A model generated the notes under the pieces. It was not told where the DNA came from and searched no databases. It was given only the letters and a program-made list of their open reading frames with translations. Below are positions 16,217-25,660 of a DNA stretch of 31,120 nt, in pieces (the stretch's first letter is position 1; each line of letters starts with the position of its first letter). Source of the stretch: a virus (Duplodnaviria > Caudoviricetes); the IMG/VR virus record IMGVR_UViG_3300016478_000125, positions 1 through 31,120 of that record; one strand, given 5' to 3'. The position numbers were made by a program, and so were the translations under genes.

Positions 16217-17419
16217 TCAGAGGCGAGCAACGGTCTTGATCAGACCAATACGCTCAGGACGCAGGACCATGAAGCCGTAGTACCACTTGATGCTCATAAA
16301 GCCAGTCTCACCATACGGATCGGTACGGTCAGCAGTCTCAGCACCAGGCTTCTTGTGGTAGATGGTGAACTTCACACCGCCGCTGCCCTGGCCACTACCA
16401 CCCACTTGGAAGGAGATAGTAGTGAACGAACCTTCACCAACGCACAGCATCGGGAAAATATCGAAGTTGCCATTGGTTTGGTAGCTGTCGGTGTTTCCAG
16501 TAGCAGCAGCACCAGCACCCTCCCACTTCATCATTTCCGGCACCACGATGATGCGGAACGAATCAACAGCACCAATTTCACCAGTCATGGTGTAAGTACC
16601 GGCTTGGGTAGCACCGCCACCAGCGTACTTCTCCACAGGGATGAAGGCAGGGTTGTTGTGCAGATCCTTCATCGCTTTGATGGTGGGGATCAACTCAGAG
16701 CCGATGTACAGAGCACGGGCATTCGGGATCGTGCGGGTGTCGATCTGACGAGTACCAGTGAACATCGTGGTTTGCTTCGGAGTGCGGTTGCTGTCCAGAT
16801 CAATGGCCAGACGCATCAGGTCACCATAGGAAACCAGAGAAGCAGCGTTGGTCGTGGCGTTGTTGGTGGCAGCACCACAAAAACGAACCACACCAGCAGA
16901 GTTCAACAGGTCGATCTGCAGAAGGTCTTCCGTGATTTCCACAGCACCGTTGATCATCTCACGGTTGATGTGTTGCATCAGTTCAGCGTCCGAATCGAAG
17001 TCCATCGACTCTTGGGTGTACTCATCGAAGAAGCCAAACTTCTCAAAAGTACCTTCCAGCGTTTTACGCCTGAAGCCCACACGGTTAACGCGACCACCAG
17101 TTTCCGACAGAACCGGAAGCTTGCCAGTGATGGTGCCAACGTCCTTGCTGGAACCATACAGGTTACCGTTAGCAATGACTGCGCCCGTGGCATCAATACC
17201 CTGGCTGTTAACGTTCTCGTCGTCTAGCAGCGGGATATAGTGGTAACGAACGATCTTTTTGCCGTGGTGTTTAGGCATGGCAACGGAATCAGCCAGCTGA
17301 GTGAAGTACTGCTCTTTGCGTGCTTCAATCAGGGCTTGTTTTTGATACCAGTCGGTACGAAGTTGGGTGCCAGCGGTAGACGGTTGACCACCCAGGGGAT
17401 TGCGATATTGACGGCTCAT
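16217..17419 (-). CDS. Major capsid protein (N4 gp56 family)
   Basis: 400 aa from ATG 17419 with [38 protein letters not shown] and [16 protein letters not shown] are typical of N4-type capsids. Confidence 0.93.
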   Translation of the reverse strand: MSRQYRNPLGGQPSTAGTQLRTDWYQKQALIEARKEQYFTQLADSVAMPKHHGKKIVRYHYIPLLDDENVNSQGIDATGAVIANGNLYGSSKDVGTITGKLPVLSETGGRVNRVGFRRKTLEGTFEKFGFFDEYTQESMDFDSDAELMQHINREMINGAVEITEDLLQIDLLNSAGVVRFCGAATNNATTNAASLVSYGDLMRLAIDLDSNRTPKQTTMFTGTRQIDTRTIPNARALYIGSELIPTIKAMKDLHNNPAFIPVEKYAGGGATQAGTYTMTGEIGAVDSFRIIVVPEMMKWEGAGAAATGNTDSYQTNGNFDIFPMLCVGEGSFTTISFQVGGSGQGSGGVKFTIYHKKPGAETADRTDPYGETGFMSIKWYYGFMVLRPERIGLIKTVARL

Positions 17420-17444
17420 AAGCACTCCTATATATCTAAACTAA

Positions 17445-18662
17445 TCACAAAAGTTCTTGCTTCACCAACTTTTGAAACTCTTCATCGGACATAGCCAAAG
17501 GATCAAAGTCCTTTGGGGATGGAGAGCCTTTAACAGCTGGCTTGCTTGGTGCCGCAGCACGGCGCTTATCTTTGAGTCGGCTGTCATCGCCCTGTCGCGG
17601 TTTCGGAGTAACCACCATCGCTTTGGGAGTTTGTTGCCCTTGAGTGCTTGCGCCTGCACTCAAGTGGTCAAACCCTCCACGCGCCTGAATAGCGTCACCG
17701 ACTTGCCGGTAGGCTTCAATGTCAGTCATACCCGACAAACGACCAAACATCCGTTCACGCTCAACCTCTGCAACAATCATGTCGTAGATGCCCGACTGGA
17801 CATGGCTATTGATGACCTTTAGCAGTTGGGGAGTATCCGCAACGATCTGCCTGCTTTGAACGTCCCACTCTTTGCCAACAACTTTAAGGGTTCGCTGGTA
17901 TGCGGGTGTGTCTTGGATTTCTTCCAGAACCGCATCCAGTTCAAGTTCCTTCTCGTTGATGCCACGTTTCGTAGGAACGTACTCGTTTGCCTTATCAGTG
18001 GAAAGATCCATAGGATCAATACCACTGTCTTTGACCAGCTTGTTGATGGCCCCAGCGTCTTTGTTCGCCAGGTCAATCAAATAGCTGATCTTTTCTGCAT
18101 CTGCCAAACCATTGGACTCCAATAGCTTGAGTAGACCCAGACTCGGTTTGAGTGCCGCCATCTTCTTGTTGTAGTTGGCCCCCATCTGCATCAGGGTAAT
18201 CGCCTCATCAACACTCTTGACGGACATCTCACGACCATTGGCTACAAAAGGAGCCAACAGTTTCTTGTACTCAGATTCATAGTCTGTACCTACAGGTTCT
18301 TTAGAACCTTCAGCCTTGACTTCACCTTTTTCCTCAGATTCTTTAGACTTCTCTGCTTTTCCTTCAGATGCAGATTCAACTTTTCCAGAATGAGGATCTG
18401 TGTCTTCTTTTTCATCAGAGTCTTCCTCATTTACATCTTCATCTTCTTCGTCGGCTTGATCTTCGCCTTCGTCGTTCGGGTCTTCGGCTCCTTCGTCGCC
18501 AGACCCTTCCGACTCGTCTTGATCTGCGCCAACTTCTTCTTCCTGGTCTTGATCTTTTTTCTCTTGGTTTTCTTCTTCAGAAGAAGCCATGAAAGCAGAG
18601 GGACCGAGCTTCATCAGCTCTTCGTCCGACATATTCATGATGTCCATATCGGCCTTACTCAT
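17445..18662 (-). CDS. N4 gp57-like protein (often annotated tape measure; possibly scaffold-like)
   Basis: 405 aa with a very acidic N-terminal region and LMQMGANYNKKM core, directly upstream of the capsid gene. Confidence 0.75.
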   Translation of the reverse strand: MSKADMDIMNMSDEELMKLGPSAFMASSEEENQEKKDQDQEEEVGADQDESEGSGDEGAEDPNDEGEDQADEEDEDVNEEDSDEKEDTDPHSGKVESASEGKAEKSKESEEKGEVKAEGSKEPVGTDYESEYKKLLAPFVANGREMSVKSVDEAITLMQMGANYNKKMAALKPSLGLLKLLESNGLADAEKISYLIDLANKDAGAINKLVKDSGIDPMDLSTDKANEYVPTKRGINEKELELDAVLEEIQDTPAYQRTLKVVGKEWDVQSRQIVADTPQLLKVINSHVQSGIYDMIVAEVERERMFGRLSGMTDIEAYRQVGDAIQARGGFDHLSAGASTQGQQTPKAMVVTPKPRQGDDSRLKDKRRAAAPSKPAVKGSPSPKDFDPLAMSDEEFQKLVKQELL

Positions 18663-19009
18663 TCTTCATCTCCTGCAGCCAGAATTTCGTCACGCATTTC
18701 AGTATCGTAAGCAATTGCTTTTGCCGCTTGTTGTGCTTTGTAGATCACAGTCTGGAAATACGAAGCCAAGCCACCAATTGCATCAATCTGAGAAACAATA
18801 GATTTTTGACTCTCAGGAGATTGCATAGAAGGATCGGCTTTAGCCATCACCAATCGAATGGCTTCTTCTTCAAAGTAGCCTTTCTGAATGACTTTCTGGA
18901 AATCACGGTTATTACGCAAACGAACCAGCGCATCCCCCATGTCTACTAGAACTTGGGAATCTTTGATGTTTTGTTCAATCTGCTGAACCTGAATGTCTGT
19001 AGAACTCAT
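18659..19009 (-). CDS. Conserved N4 gp58-like protein
   Basis: 116 aa between portal and gp57, with a 4-bp overlap with the next gene. Confidence 0.75.
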   Translation of the reverse strand: MSSTDIQVQQIEQNIKDSQVLVDMGDALVRLRNNRDFQKVIQKGYFEEEAIRLVMAKADPSMQSPESQKSIVSQIDAIGGLASYFQTVIYKAQQAAKAIAYDTEMRDEILAAGDEE

Positions 19010-19074
19010 CTTAATGGCGTAATGTCCAATAGTGGGTTAATGAATAAAACAACCGTAATATACCTTATTTCAAG

Positions 19075-21267
19075 TTAGCGTTGTTTATTTCTAGATTTTA
19101 TGTACTCTTTGATCAAATCAATCTGACCCTTTTCACGTTGAGTCTCGCGGTCTATTTGACTGCTAATCAATTTCAATTGAGCTTGGCTTCGGGCCTGCTC
19201 TCCATGCAACTCCTTAGCTCTTTCCTGTTTAACACCGGATTCTTGTTCAACAAAATCAAGGCTCTTAATGTCTGTATCGGCCCGCAGATTTTCTGCCTTG
19301 GCTTCTGCAGTTCCAGCTTGAGCCATCTTCAATTGAGCTGCTGCCTGACGATCAGTAGCCTGAGCACGCTCATTTTCCAATTGAGCTTCCAATAGTGCCA
19401 ATTGCAGCTCCTGCATCCTTTGCTGCATCGGGTCTGGTTCAGGCTCGTAAGTTTCGATCTTCTTTGCCAAATCAGGCATCTTCTTCAGCCGACAAATATC
19501 CGAAAGAATCATGCGTCGAACCATAGGATCCTCTTGCGGACCAATGGTTTGTAGCATAAAAGCAAGCTCCTGTGCCTTGCTGTTGTCTTCTTCTGCGGTA
19601 GAAATAGACAACTTCAGGTCAAAGTGTCCCGGCAGATCACCCTTGCGAATAACTTGAAACTCCTCATTGGTTACTCTGACAACTTCTTTTTCATCCAGAA
19701 ACTCTGCGTTCATGGCAATGAACTTACGCCCAATTTCCACAATACCGTTGGCCAGCCGCCGAAGAATTCCCAACTCACGCTTAGAAGCAGCATCAAGCGC
19801 ACCACGAACGCCTGTAGCTGTATCACCCAGTGCCTGGCCAGAAATGCCCATGTTAAATGCCTTTACACCTGTCATCGACTCAGCTTCAAACTGCTGCAAC
19901 TGCAGCATGAACTGAGCAGAGTTGGGGATCTCTGGGTAGGTATGCATAAAGACACCTTGGCGCGGATCCACGTTTGCGTTGAATTCGTAGTCTTGCCCGT
20001 TCTCAAATCGACGCCGGTTAGTGGTATCCAACATGTCTTTGCGAATACCTGTCTGCCCGTTAGCAGACTTACCCATGATGTCGATCATACCTCGGGTTAC
20101 TGCGCCTATGATGCGCTGGTTGTCATCCAGCAATGCACCATCAGGCTCACCATAGACTTCCTTACGTTTAGGTAGGTATGGTACTGTCACGAAAGGCAGC
20201 GCCTTATCTGGGAATGGGTTCTCCTCTAGGCGAATGAAGGTGTTCCCAACCCATGAAGCCACAATAGGCTTCACCAAACCACTGCCGTCAATGTCCCAGT
20301 AACCCCAGTACTCATAAACCACGAACATCTGTCGGGGCTTGTCTTTGAAGTTGAAGTTTGTGTCTGTGGAGTTACTGACATGATCAGGCTCACTTAGAAC
20401 AGAGTGGTTGTTGGTTTGAATTTTGTCCAGGTTTTTATATTTACCTTCTTTTTCCAACCTGGCCAAAGAAGATTCAAAGCTATATATGATGAAGTTAGCT
20501 TTAGTCAAATCACCTTGACAGGACGGGTCAATGATGACGTTCTGTGCATTGCATACTTCTGCTGTCGGATGATTCTTGACGGTTCGGGTTCGTGTCTCTT
20601 CTTGATAACCCAGAATGACCGGCTCGATGGGGACTCCCTGTTCCATGCTCATCTCATGAGCCATCTTTAATTCTTCAGGAACATCCAGCTCATACTCTGC
20701 AGGAGACTTTTCACGTTTTGCAGCCAGCGCATCATGCAAAGGGGCCAACTCAGGATTTACACGATATTCCACGATTGGGAACATATCGGTGTACTCTTCC
20801 TCTTCAAACTCCCAACCGACACGAACAATTACCGTACCCTCATCTACTGCAGTACGCACATACTCATCAATAAATCGCACTTTGTTAATGCGATTGTTGA
20901 ATTGATGGTTCAACAAAATCTGGTTTTGAATCGCAGCCTTTTTGTCTTCCCAAGTCACAGGGTATACATTGAATACCTCATCAGAACTTAGAAAAGGATC
21001 ACTCAATGCAGGATAGCGCCACTCTGCCTGCTTACGAATCAACTTGGGCTGAATTGAAGAACTACCTTTAGGTGTCTTTGGTTTGGCAGACCCCTCGACA
21101 TTCATGTTGTCGTGATAAAGCTGGATCTTTGATTTTTGAGCATCATGGGACGGTTTAGCGTCCAGATAATCTTGTTTCAAATCGGAGAGCTTGGGAGGAT
21201 TTTTCCAATCCACCAGAGTCTCTTCAGGTTTTTCTGCTACGTAGGCAGTATTTCCTTGATCGTCCAT
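19075..21267 (-). CDS. Portal protein (N4 gp59-like)
   Basis: 730 aa with AAGGA RBS. WKNPPKLSDLKQD and PKLIRKQAEWRYPALSDPFL N-terminus, C-terminal coiled coil. Confidence 0.92.
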   Translation of the reverse strand: MDDQGNTAYVAEKPEETLVDWKNPPKLSDLKQDYLDAKPSHDAQKSKIQLYHDNMNVEGSAKPKTPKGSSSIQPKLIRKQAEWRYPALSDPFLSSDEVFNVYPVTWEDKKAAIQNQILLNHQFNNRINKVRFIDEYVRTAVDEGTVIVRVGWEFEEEEYTDMFPIVEYRVNPELAPLHDALAAKREKSPAEYELDVPEELKMAHEMSMEQGVPIEPVILGYQEETRTRTVKNHPTAEVCNAQNVIIDPSCQGDLTKANFIIYSFESSLARLEKEGKYKNLDKIQTNNHSVLSEPDHVSNSTDTNFNFKDKPRQMFVVYEYWGYWDIDGSGLVKPIVASWVGNTFIRLEENPFPDKALPFVTVPYLPKRKEVYGEPDGALLDDNQRIIGAVTRGMIDIMGKSANGQTGIRKDMLDTTNRRRFENGQDYEFNANVDPRQGVFMHTYPEIPNSAQFMLQLQQFEAESMTGVKAFNMGISGQALGDTATGVRGALDAASKRELGILRRLANGIVEIGRKFIAMNAEFLDEKEVVRVTNEEFQVIRKGDLPGHFDLKLSISTAEEDNSKAQELAFMLQTIGPQEDPMVRRMILSDICRLKKMPDLAKKIETYEPEPDPMQQRMQELQLALLEAQLENERAQATDRQAAAQLKMAQAGTAEAKAENLRADTDIKSLDFVEQESGVKQERAKELHGEQARSQAQLKLISSQIDRETQREKGQIDLIKEYIKSRNKQR

Positions 21268-21385
21268 TGAATGTCCTTACTGTGGGTACTTAGTCTACAG
21301 ATTCTAATTGAATGAAGTAAAGGTGAATTACGCCCCATCAAACAATCAGAGGCGCAATTTTTTCCGGCCACTAATCCACAGAATA

Positions 21386-22123
21386 TCAAACCCAACCATT
21401 TCGAGTCAAGCGGTTGTTAGTCTGAACTTCATCCCGCTGCATTCCACTGTTCTCCAGTCGTTGGCAAGCTTGTTCATACTTGGCTGCATAACTTGCACCC
21501 ATATGGAATTCCCCTGTCATTCCTACTGGATGGTGTACCCGCCCTGCAATGAAATACAACAAGGGCTCCAGGTATAGATAAGGCAAATCAATTTCAGTTT
21601 CCTCCACATCCAGGAACCCAAACTCATCTGGGCCTACTTTTGGATGTAGCTGTCGATACACCACGTCCAAAGCGTTCAATTGATATAGGTATTGAGGCAG
21701 ATCGGGATCTTGGTTAATCACAGGCACAGGCACCCGAAGCACATGTGTCTTAGGGGTGTAGCAGGAGTATTTATCCTTAACGTTCAATAGAACTGGATGA
21801 CCCTCTTCAGTCCAAAGCTCTTCAATCTTGGCAAGATCATCTTGAAAGTCGCCTTCTATGTAACGCACAGATTCTGTTGATTCAGTGTTATTCAAGGCAT
21901 ATGCACCTTTTAGTATATACAAGTACATATCAGGCAACAGAAGCAATTTCAGCCGACCCTCTTTGATACGAAATCTCGTATGCAGGTTGGTCAACCCCAA
22001 ATTCAGTGCGTTCAAGAACACATCTTGGTTTTTAGCATTTACAACTCCTTGGGGCTGTCCACCAATGCTGAGTTGGGAAAGCTCGCCATGACGCAGCTGA
22101 TCAAACACTTCTTGCAACTTCAT
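21386..22123 (-). CDS. Virion structural/adaptor protein (N4 gp67-like)
   Basis: 245 aa with GAGG RBS, LRHGELSQL N-terminus and GWV C-terminus. Lies downstream of the terminase gene as in N4. Confidence 0.7.
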   Translation of the reverse strand: MKLQEVFDQLRHGELSQLSIGGQPQGVVNAKNQDVFLNALNLGLTNLHTRFRIKEGRLKLLLLPDMYLYILKGAYALNNTESTESVRYIEGDFQDDLAKIEELWTEEGHPVLLNVKDKYSCYTPKTHVLRVPVPVINQDPDLPQYLYQLNALDVVYRQLHPKVGPDEFGFLDVEETEIDLPYLYLEPLLYFIAGRVHHPVGMTGEFHMGASYAAKYEQACQRLENSGMQRDEVQTNNRLTRNGWV

Positions 22124-22156
22124 AAGTACCTCTAACTAATACCGGACGTAGCCCAG

Positions 22157-23761
22157 TCAAACAATGTAAGAATTCTTCCTGTCTACGATAATTTCCTCAA
22201 CATCCACTTCCCATAGGCCATCCTCTTTACCTTGCATAGGCGCTTCTTCTGAAGGCTTCCAAGGCGTCAAAGAACTCAGCATAGAAATGGTGTCAATAAA
22301 GTCATCGTGTTTAGATTTGAACCCTCCTGGAGATACCAGACTAAGTTCATTCATGGCTTCCTTCATTGGAGCCTCATTTTTCTTCTCTAAAGGGAAGAAA
22401 ATCTTCCGTGCCTTAAAGAAAGGCACCATGGTGTTAAAACGCACCATTTTGTTAGTGTTGGGCCTAATCCCAGGACGGTAATCGTTTCCTTCACTGGCCA
22501 GAGGAAAGTAGATGTTTCTCTCCAACATCTCACTCTGGATCCACTGAATGAACCCACCCTGCTGTCCAGTCACCTCAATACCAACTTGCTGTGGTCGATA
22601 CATCTGGGCCAACCTGAACAGATCGGTAATGTTGGCATCCATCAACTGACGCTTGCATACTCCATCTACCCACAACCAATCGCCCACATTGTTGTAGGCC
22701 CATACACTGATCACCGAATAGTCAGAAGCTTCTTTGGTGCTAGTGGCAAAGTCAGTAGTGATGTAGAAGTTGAACCGTTGCTTGTTCCTCAGAACTGCAT
22801 CAATCTTGTACCAGGCTATATCAGAGTCCAAAATCATCCGGTCTTCATCACTCATGATTCGCAGCATTAGTTCCTGATTGAACGTATCCACTTTCCCCGA
22901 CATCACCGCCTTTTCATACTGCTCTTTCACATAAGCATAGGTAAAGCGATCTGGCCAGCTTCCCCTGAACTCATGTTCTTCACAAGGAAACTGCTCGCAC
23001 ACAGGGAACACGTTTACACCCCAGGCTCCAGACTCCACAGCCTTGTACAAAGGATCCCTTGCATTATAGGGAGTCCCTGACCAGATGATCATGTTCCTTG
23101 TTGGGTGCAGCGCGTAGTTCACCGCCTTGTAAACCGTGTCTTCCACAGACTTGATCACCGTATCTGATCGAGCATCCTCATCACTAATCAGGTCATCAAG
23201 CACTGCAATACCAGGACGCTTACCCATCTCTTTGGCACCACGAACACCAGTCTTGGCTCCATAACCCTTGACGATGAACACCTTACCGTCAGCGTTCTTG
23301 AACTCCCAGCGTATGTCGGTAAACCTTATTTCAGGCACATACTGTTTCAGAAAATCAGAGTTCTCCCAACGGAACTCCAAGTTCTTACGCATGTTTTTGA
23401 TACCGTTCTCAATAGAGTCCGACACATAAAGCGCCAGGTCTACTTTCCCAAAGCCCGGAATCTCGCCATAAGTGGCGATGTACAGAAAAAAGTATTCCGC
23501 CATCACCGTTGTTTTGGCTGCACCCCGGTGACACAGGTTGATCACCCTGCTGCCGCTCACCGTCAACGTATCCAGCATCTTGTAATGGATCAATGGGGTC
23601 TTGTTTTCTTCCCCTTGGCTTCCATTAACCAGCTTGATGAACGTTACAAACTCCAGTGCAAACTCACTAGGTACATAGCCTGGATCAATAGAATAATCCG
23701 TGGCATTGAGGTAATCCTCAACTTTCCACGGCATTCCATCGTCGTGCAATCGAACGGTCAT
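22157..23761 (-). CDS. terL: Terminase large subunit (N4 gp68-like)
   Basis: 534 aa. ATPase motifs CHRGAAKTT and IAVLDD, nuclease-type motifs TTDFA and HDDFID. Confidence 0.93.
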   Translation of the reverse strand: MTVRLHDDGMPWKVEDYLNATDYSIDPGYVPSEFALEFVTFIKLVNGSQGEENKTPLIHYKMLDTLTVSGSRVINLCHRGAAKTTVMAEYFFLYIATYGEIPGFGKVDLALYVSDSIENGIKNMRKNLEFRWENSDFLKQYVPEIRFTDIRWEFKNADGKVFIVKGYGAKTGVRGAKEMGKRPGIAVLDDLISDEDARSDTVIKSVEDTVYKAVNYALHPTRNMIIWSGTPYNARDPLYKAVESGAWGVNVFPVCEQFPCEEHEFRGSWPDRFTYAYVKEQYEKAVMSGKVDTFNQELMLRIMSDEDRMILDSDIAWYKIDAVLRNKQRFNFYITTDFATSTKEASDYSVISVWAYNNVGDWLWVDGVCKRQLMDANITDLFRLAQMYRPQQVGIEVTGQQGGFIQWIQSEMLERNIYFPLASEGNDYRPGIRPNTNKMVRFNTMVPFFKARKIFFPLEKKNEAPMKEAMNELSLVSPGGFKSKHDDFIDTISMLSSLTPWKPSEEAPMQGKEDGLWEVDVEEIIVDRKNSYIV

Positions 23762-24036
23762 TTCTGCAGTTCCTGTCCATCTTTGTTTACATAAACCAAG
23801 GGCAAATCCTTCCAGATCACCCCACCTTCATTACCCTGACTCCAAGCATAAGCACCCTGAATCACTACTTCTCCGTCTGGATACACAGCTTGTCTGAACA
23901 TATTAGGGTATTGACTTTCCACTCTGGCAGGGGCAATGCGAAGGCCGCCATCACCTAAAACCAGAGAACCAAACTCATACGGCCTTTTGATCTTTGCGTA
24001 TTGACGCTCATCTGGGTTATCGCTAATGACAGTCAT
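23758..24036 (-). CDS. Hypothetical protein between gp69-like gene and terL
   Basis: 92 aa, overlapping both neighbours, with an AAGGA RBS. Confidence 0.7.
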   Translation of the reverse strand: MTVISDNPDERQYAKIKRPYEFGSLVLGDGGLRIAPARVESQYPNMFRQAVYPDGEVVIQGAYAWSQGNEGGVIWKDLPLVYVNKDGQELQK

Positions 24037-24743
24037 CAGATTTCCTTGGCTTCTACATCCAGAACCAACTTGCTATGAGCCACCTCTTGTGCATTCATAG
24101 CCCCAGCTTCCACCATTAGCCTTTGCTGTCGTGCCAACTCCAGCGTCGTAGCTCTCAACGCAGCAATCGACCCATCTTCTTTCACACCAATATCCAGCTC
24201 AACCTTCTGTGTCTCTGGCATCTTCAACGCTGCCATAAGATGGGCTGCAGCATCCGACCTGACCTTCTCTGATTTAGCCGTCAGCATCAACTCGGCCTGC
24301 ACATTCAAAGCTTTCTGATACAGATCCTGGTTTAGTACATAACTAGGAACCAGAGTCTGTTCCATGATCAGGTTGACCAACTTGCTTTTATTGTACGCTG
24401 TGACATACGAAGCAATATCTTTAGAAGCCACACCCTGGCTTGTAAATCGTTGGTACTTATCAGGAAATGTCTTTACATAGGCTTCAATGTTGGAAGCACC
24501 CATCAGCTTATGGCTAACGTACTTCACCGCATTTACATAATCACCAATCTTGAATCGACCATCAGCCATCACTTTCGTATAAGAAAGCAGATTCTCCCGA
24601 TATGCCTCATACATATCTGGATCAGACAATGTGGCATTGATTTGGTCAATCAACTCTTGATTGATGGACTTCTTTACTTTATCCGGTAATGCAATCTTGA
24701 ACTGATCAACAGTTAGCGGACTAGGTGCCATAGGAGTGGACAT
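24036..24743 (-). CDS. N4 gp69-like protein (candidate small terminase subunit)
   Basis: 235 aa. YVNAVKYVSHKLMG, YNKSKLVNLI and SEKVRSDAA segments. First gene of the late operon. Confidence 0.75.
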   Translation of the reverse strand: MSTPMAPSPLTVDQFKIALPDKVKKSINQELIDQINATLSDPDMYEAYRENLLSYTKVMADGRFKIGDYVNAVKYVSHKLMGASNIEAYVKTFPDKYQRFTSQGVASKDIASYVTAYNKSKLVNLIMEQTLVPSYVLNQDLYQKALNVQAELMLTAKSEKVRSDAAAHLMAALKMPETQKVELDIGVKEDGSIAALRATTLELARQQRLMVEAGAMNAQEVAHSKLVLDVEAKEI

Positions 24744-24949
24744 TATTTGATTGAAGCCAGTAAAAGCAAGTAGAGCGGATTATTCCACAAAAATGAAAGT
24801 GCGGGTTTTTTGAAATTTTACAAAATGGGTATTAGGGTAGTTCTATAGAGGCGAACACAGCATTGGCCCAAGCGCCCCCCCGGTATCCGGCTAAATCCTA
24901 GTTTTCTCCGACCCACCCCCCTTCAGTTCGTTGCTCCGAATACCGGGGT

Positions 24950-24971
24950 CACCGCTAGCGGTGTGATGTGG
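24950..24971 (+). promoter_or_regulatory. Putative vRNAP hairpin promoter P1
   Basis: CACCGC-TA-GCGGTG then TGATGT-GG, matching the repeated consensus. Confidence 0.7.
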
Positions 24972-25008
24972 AGGTTGCATGGTGCAGCCTCACTCACAGG
25001 AGTTTCCT

Positions 25009-25179
25009 ATGGCATACGCCTTTGCAATTCAATCCGTCCTGATGCTCATCGCAGCAGCTAACGGATTCCTAATGGGCGCAACCAACGTGTTGAGTCCGTG
25101 GCTTGCGTTCCCACTATCGACCATAGCCTTGGTAGTAGCCTACCTCAGCGGGGTTAAGTCTATCCGGGCGTTGAAGTAA
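25009..25179 (+). CDS. Small early membrane protein (56 aa)
   Basis: CAGGAG RBS before ATG 25009. Two hydrophobic stretches and a basic C-terminus. Confidence 0.7.
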   Translation: MAYAFAIQSVLMLIAAANGFLMGATNVLSPWLAFPLSTIALVVAYLSGVKSIRALK

Positions 25180-25200
25180 GGCGCTCGCGCCATGTCGTGG
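25180..25200 (+). promoter_or_regulatory. Putative vRNAP hairpin promoter P2
   Basis: GGCGC-TC-GCGCC-A-TGTCGT-GG. Confidence 0.7.
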
Positions 25201-25255
25201 GTTGGGCTGCATGGGGTAGCTCAGTCCATCATTGGCCAATGATAAGGAGTTTCAA

Positions 25256-25531
25256 ATGGTTAAGAATATTGGGTTCTTCGGGATGTTGCATACGATCTAT
25301 AACGCAATCGGAGCTATGGCTTCGGCGGTGTATAGAGGTGCAAGCGCTTTGGACAATTTAGGCCAATGGGCCGAGGAGCAGACTGGCTCCTTTGTCGATG
25401 AGGCCAGAATGGATCGTGAAGAAAAGCTCGCGGAGCGTAGAGCAGAAAGGCTTGCAAGGCGTCAGGCCCAGCTCAATGCACCTGCTCAAGTTACTGATGT
25501 GCAATCTCGCAATGAGGAGGCATCAGCATGA
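25256..25531 (+). CDS. Early hypothetical protein (91 aa)
   Basis: TAAGGAG RBS before ATG 25256. Amphipathic N-terminus and charged helical C-terminus. Confidence 0.8.
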   Translation: MVKNIGFFGMLHTIYNAIGAMASAVYRGASALDNLGQWAEEQTGSFVDEARMDREEKLAERRAERLARRQAQLNAPAQVTDVQSRNEEASA

Positions 25532-25620
25532 TCGTCGAATACTTGGACATCACTGAGCTCGAGCTTCACTGGGACGAAGACGCAGATAAATTGGTTTGCA
25601 TCGACCTAGTTGACGAGTAA
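25528..25620 (+). CDS. Small acidic early peptide (30 aa), not in the ORF track
   Basis: GAGGAGG RBS and ATGA overlap with the previous stop. MIVEYLDITELELHWDEDADKLVCIDLVDE*, followed by a terminator. Confidence 0.7.
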   Translation: MIVEYLDITELELHWDEDADKLVCIDLVDE

Positions 25621-25627
25621 ACAACCT

Positions 25628-25660
25628 AGCCTTGCCCTTCGGGGTGAGGCTTCTTTTTTT
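25628..25660 (+). terminator. Intrinsic terminator
   Basis: AGCCTTGCCC-TTCG-GGGTGAGGCT followed by TCTTTTTTT. Confidence 0.9.

Noticed and set aside
18280-18600. Repetitive TCTTC/TCGTC-rich DNA
   Set aside because: It is explained by the Asp/Glu-rich stretch of the gp57-like protein and is not a repeat element.
89-24689. Many plus-strand ORFs in the track (e.g. 5427..6071, 8592..9350, 16355..17227)
   Set aside because: They are antisense shadows of the long minus-strand genes, with no recognisable motifs.
25212-25230. GGGGTAGCTCAG resembling a tRNA 5' end/D-arm
   Set aside because: No anticodon arm, T-loop or acceptor pairing follows. It is the 3' arm of the leader hairpin.
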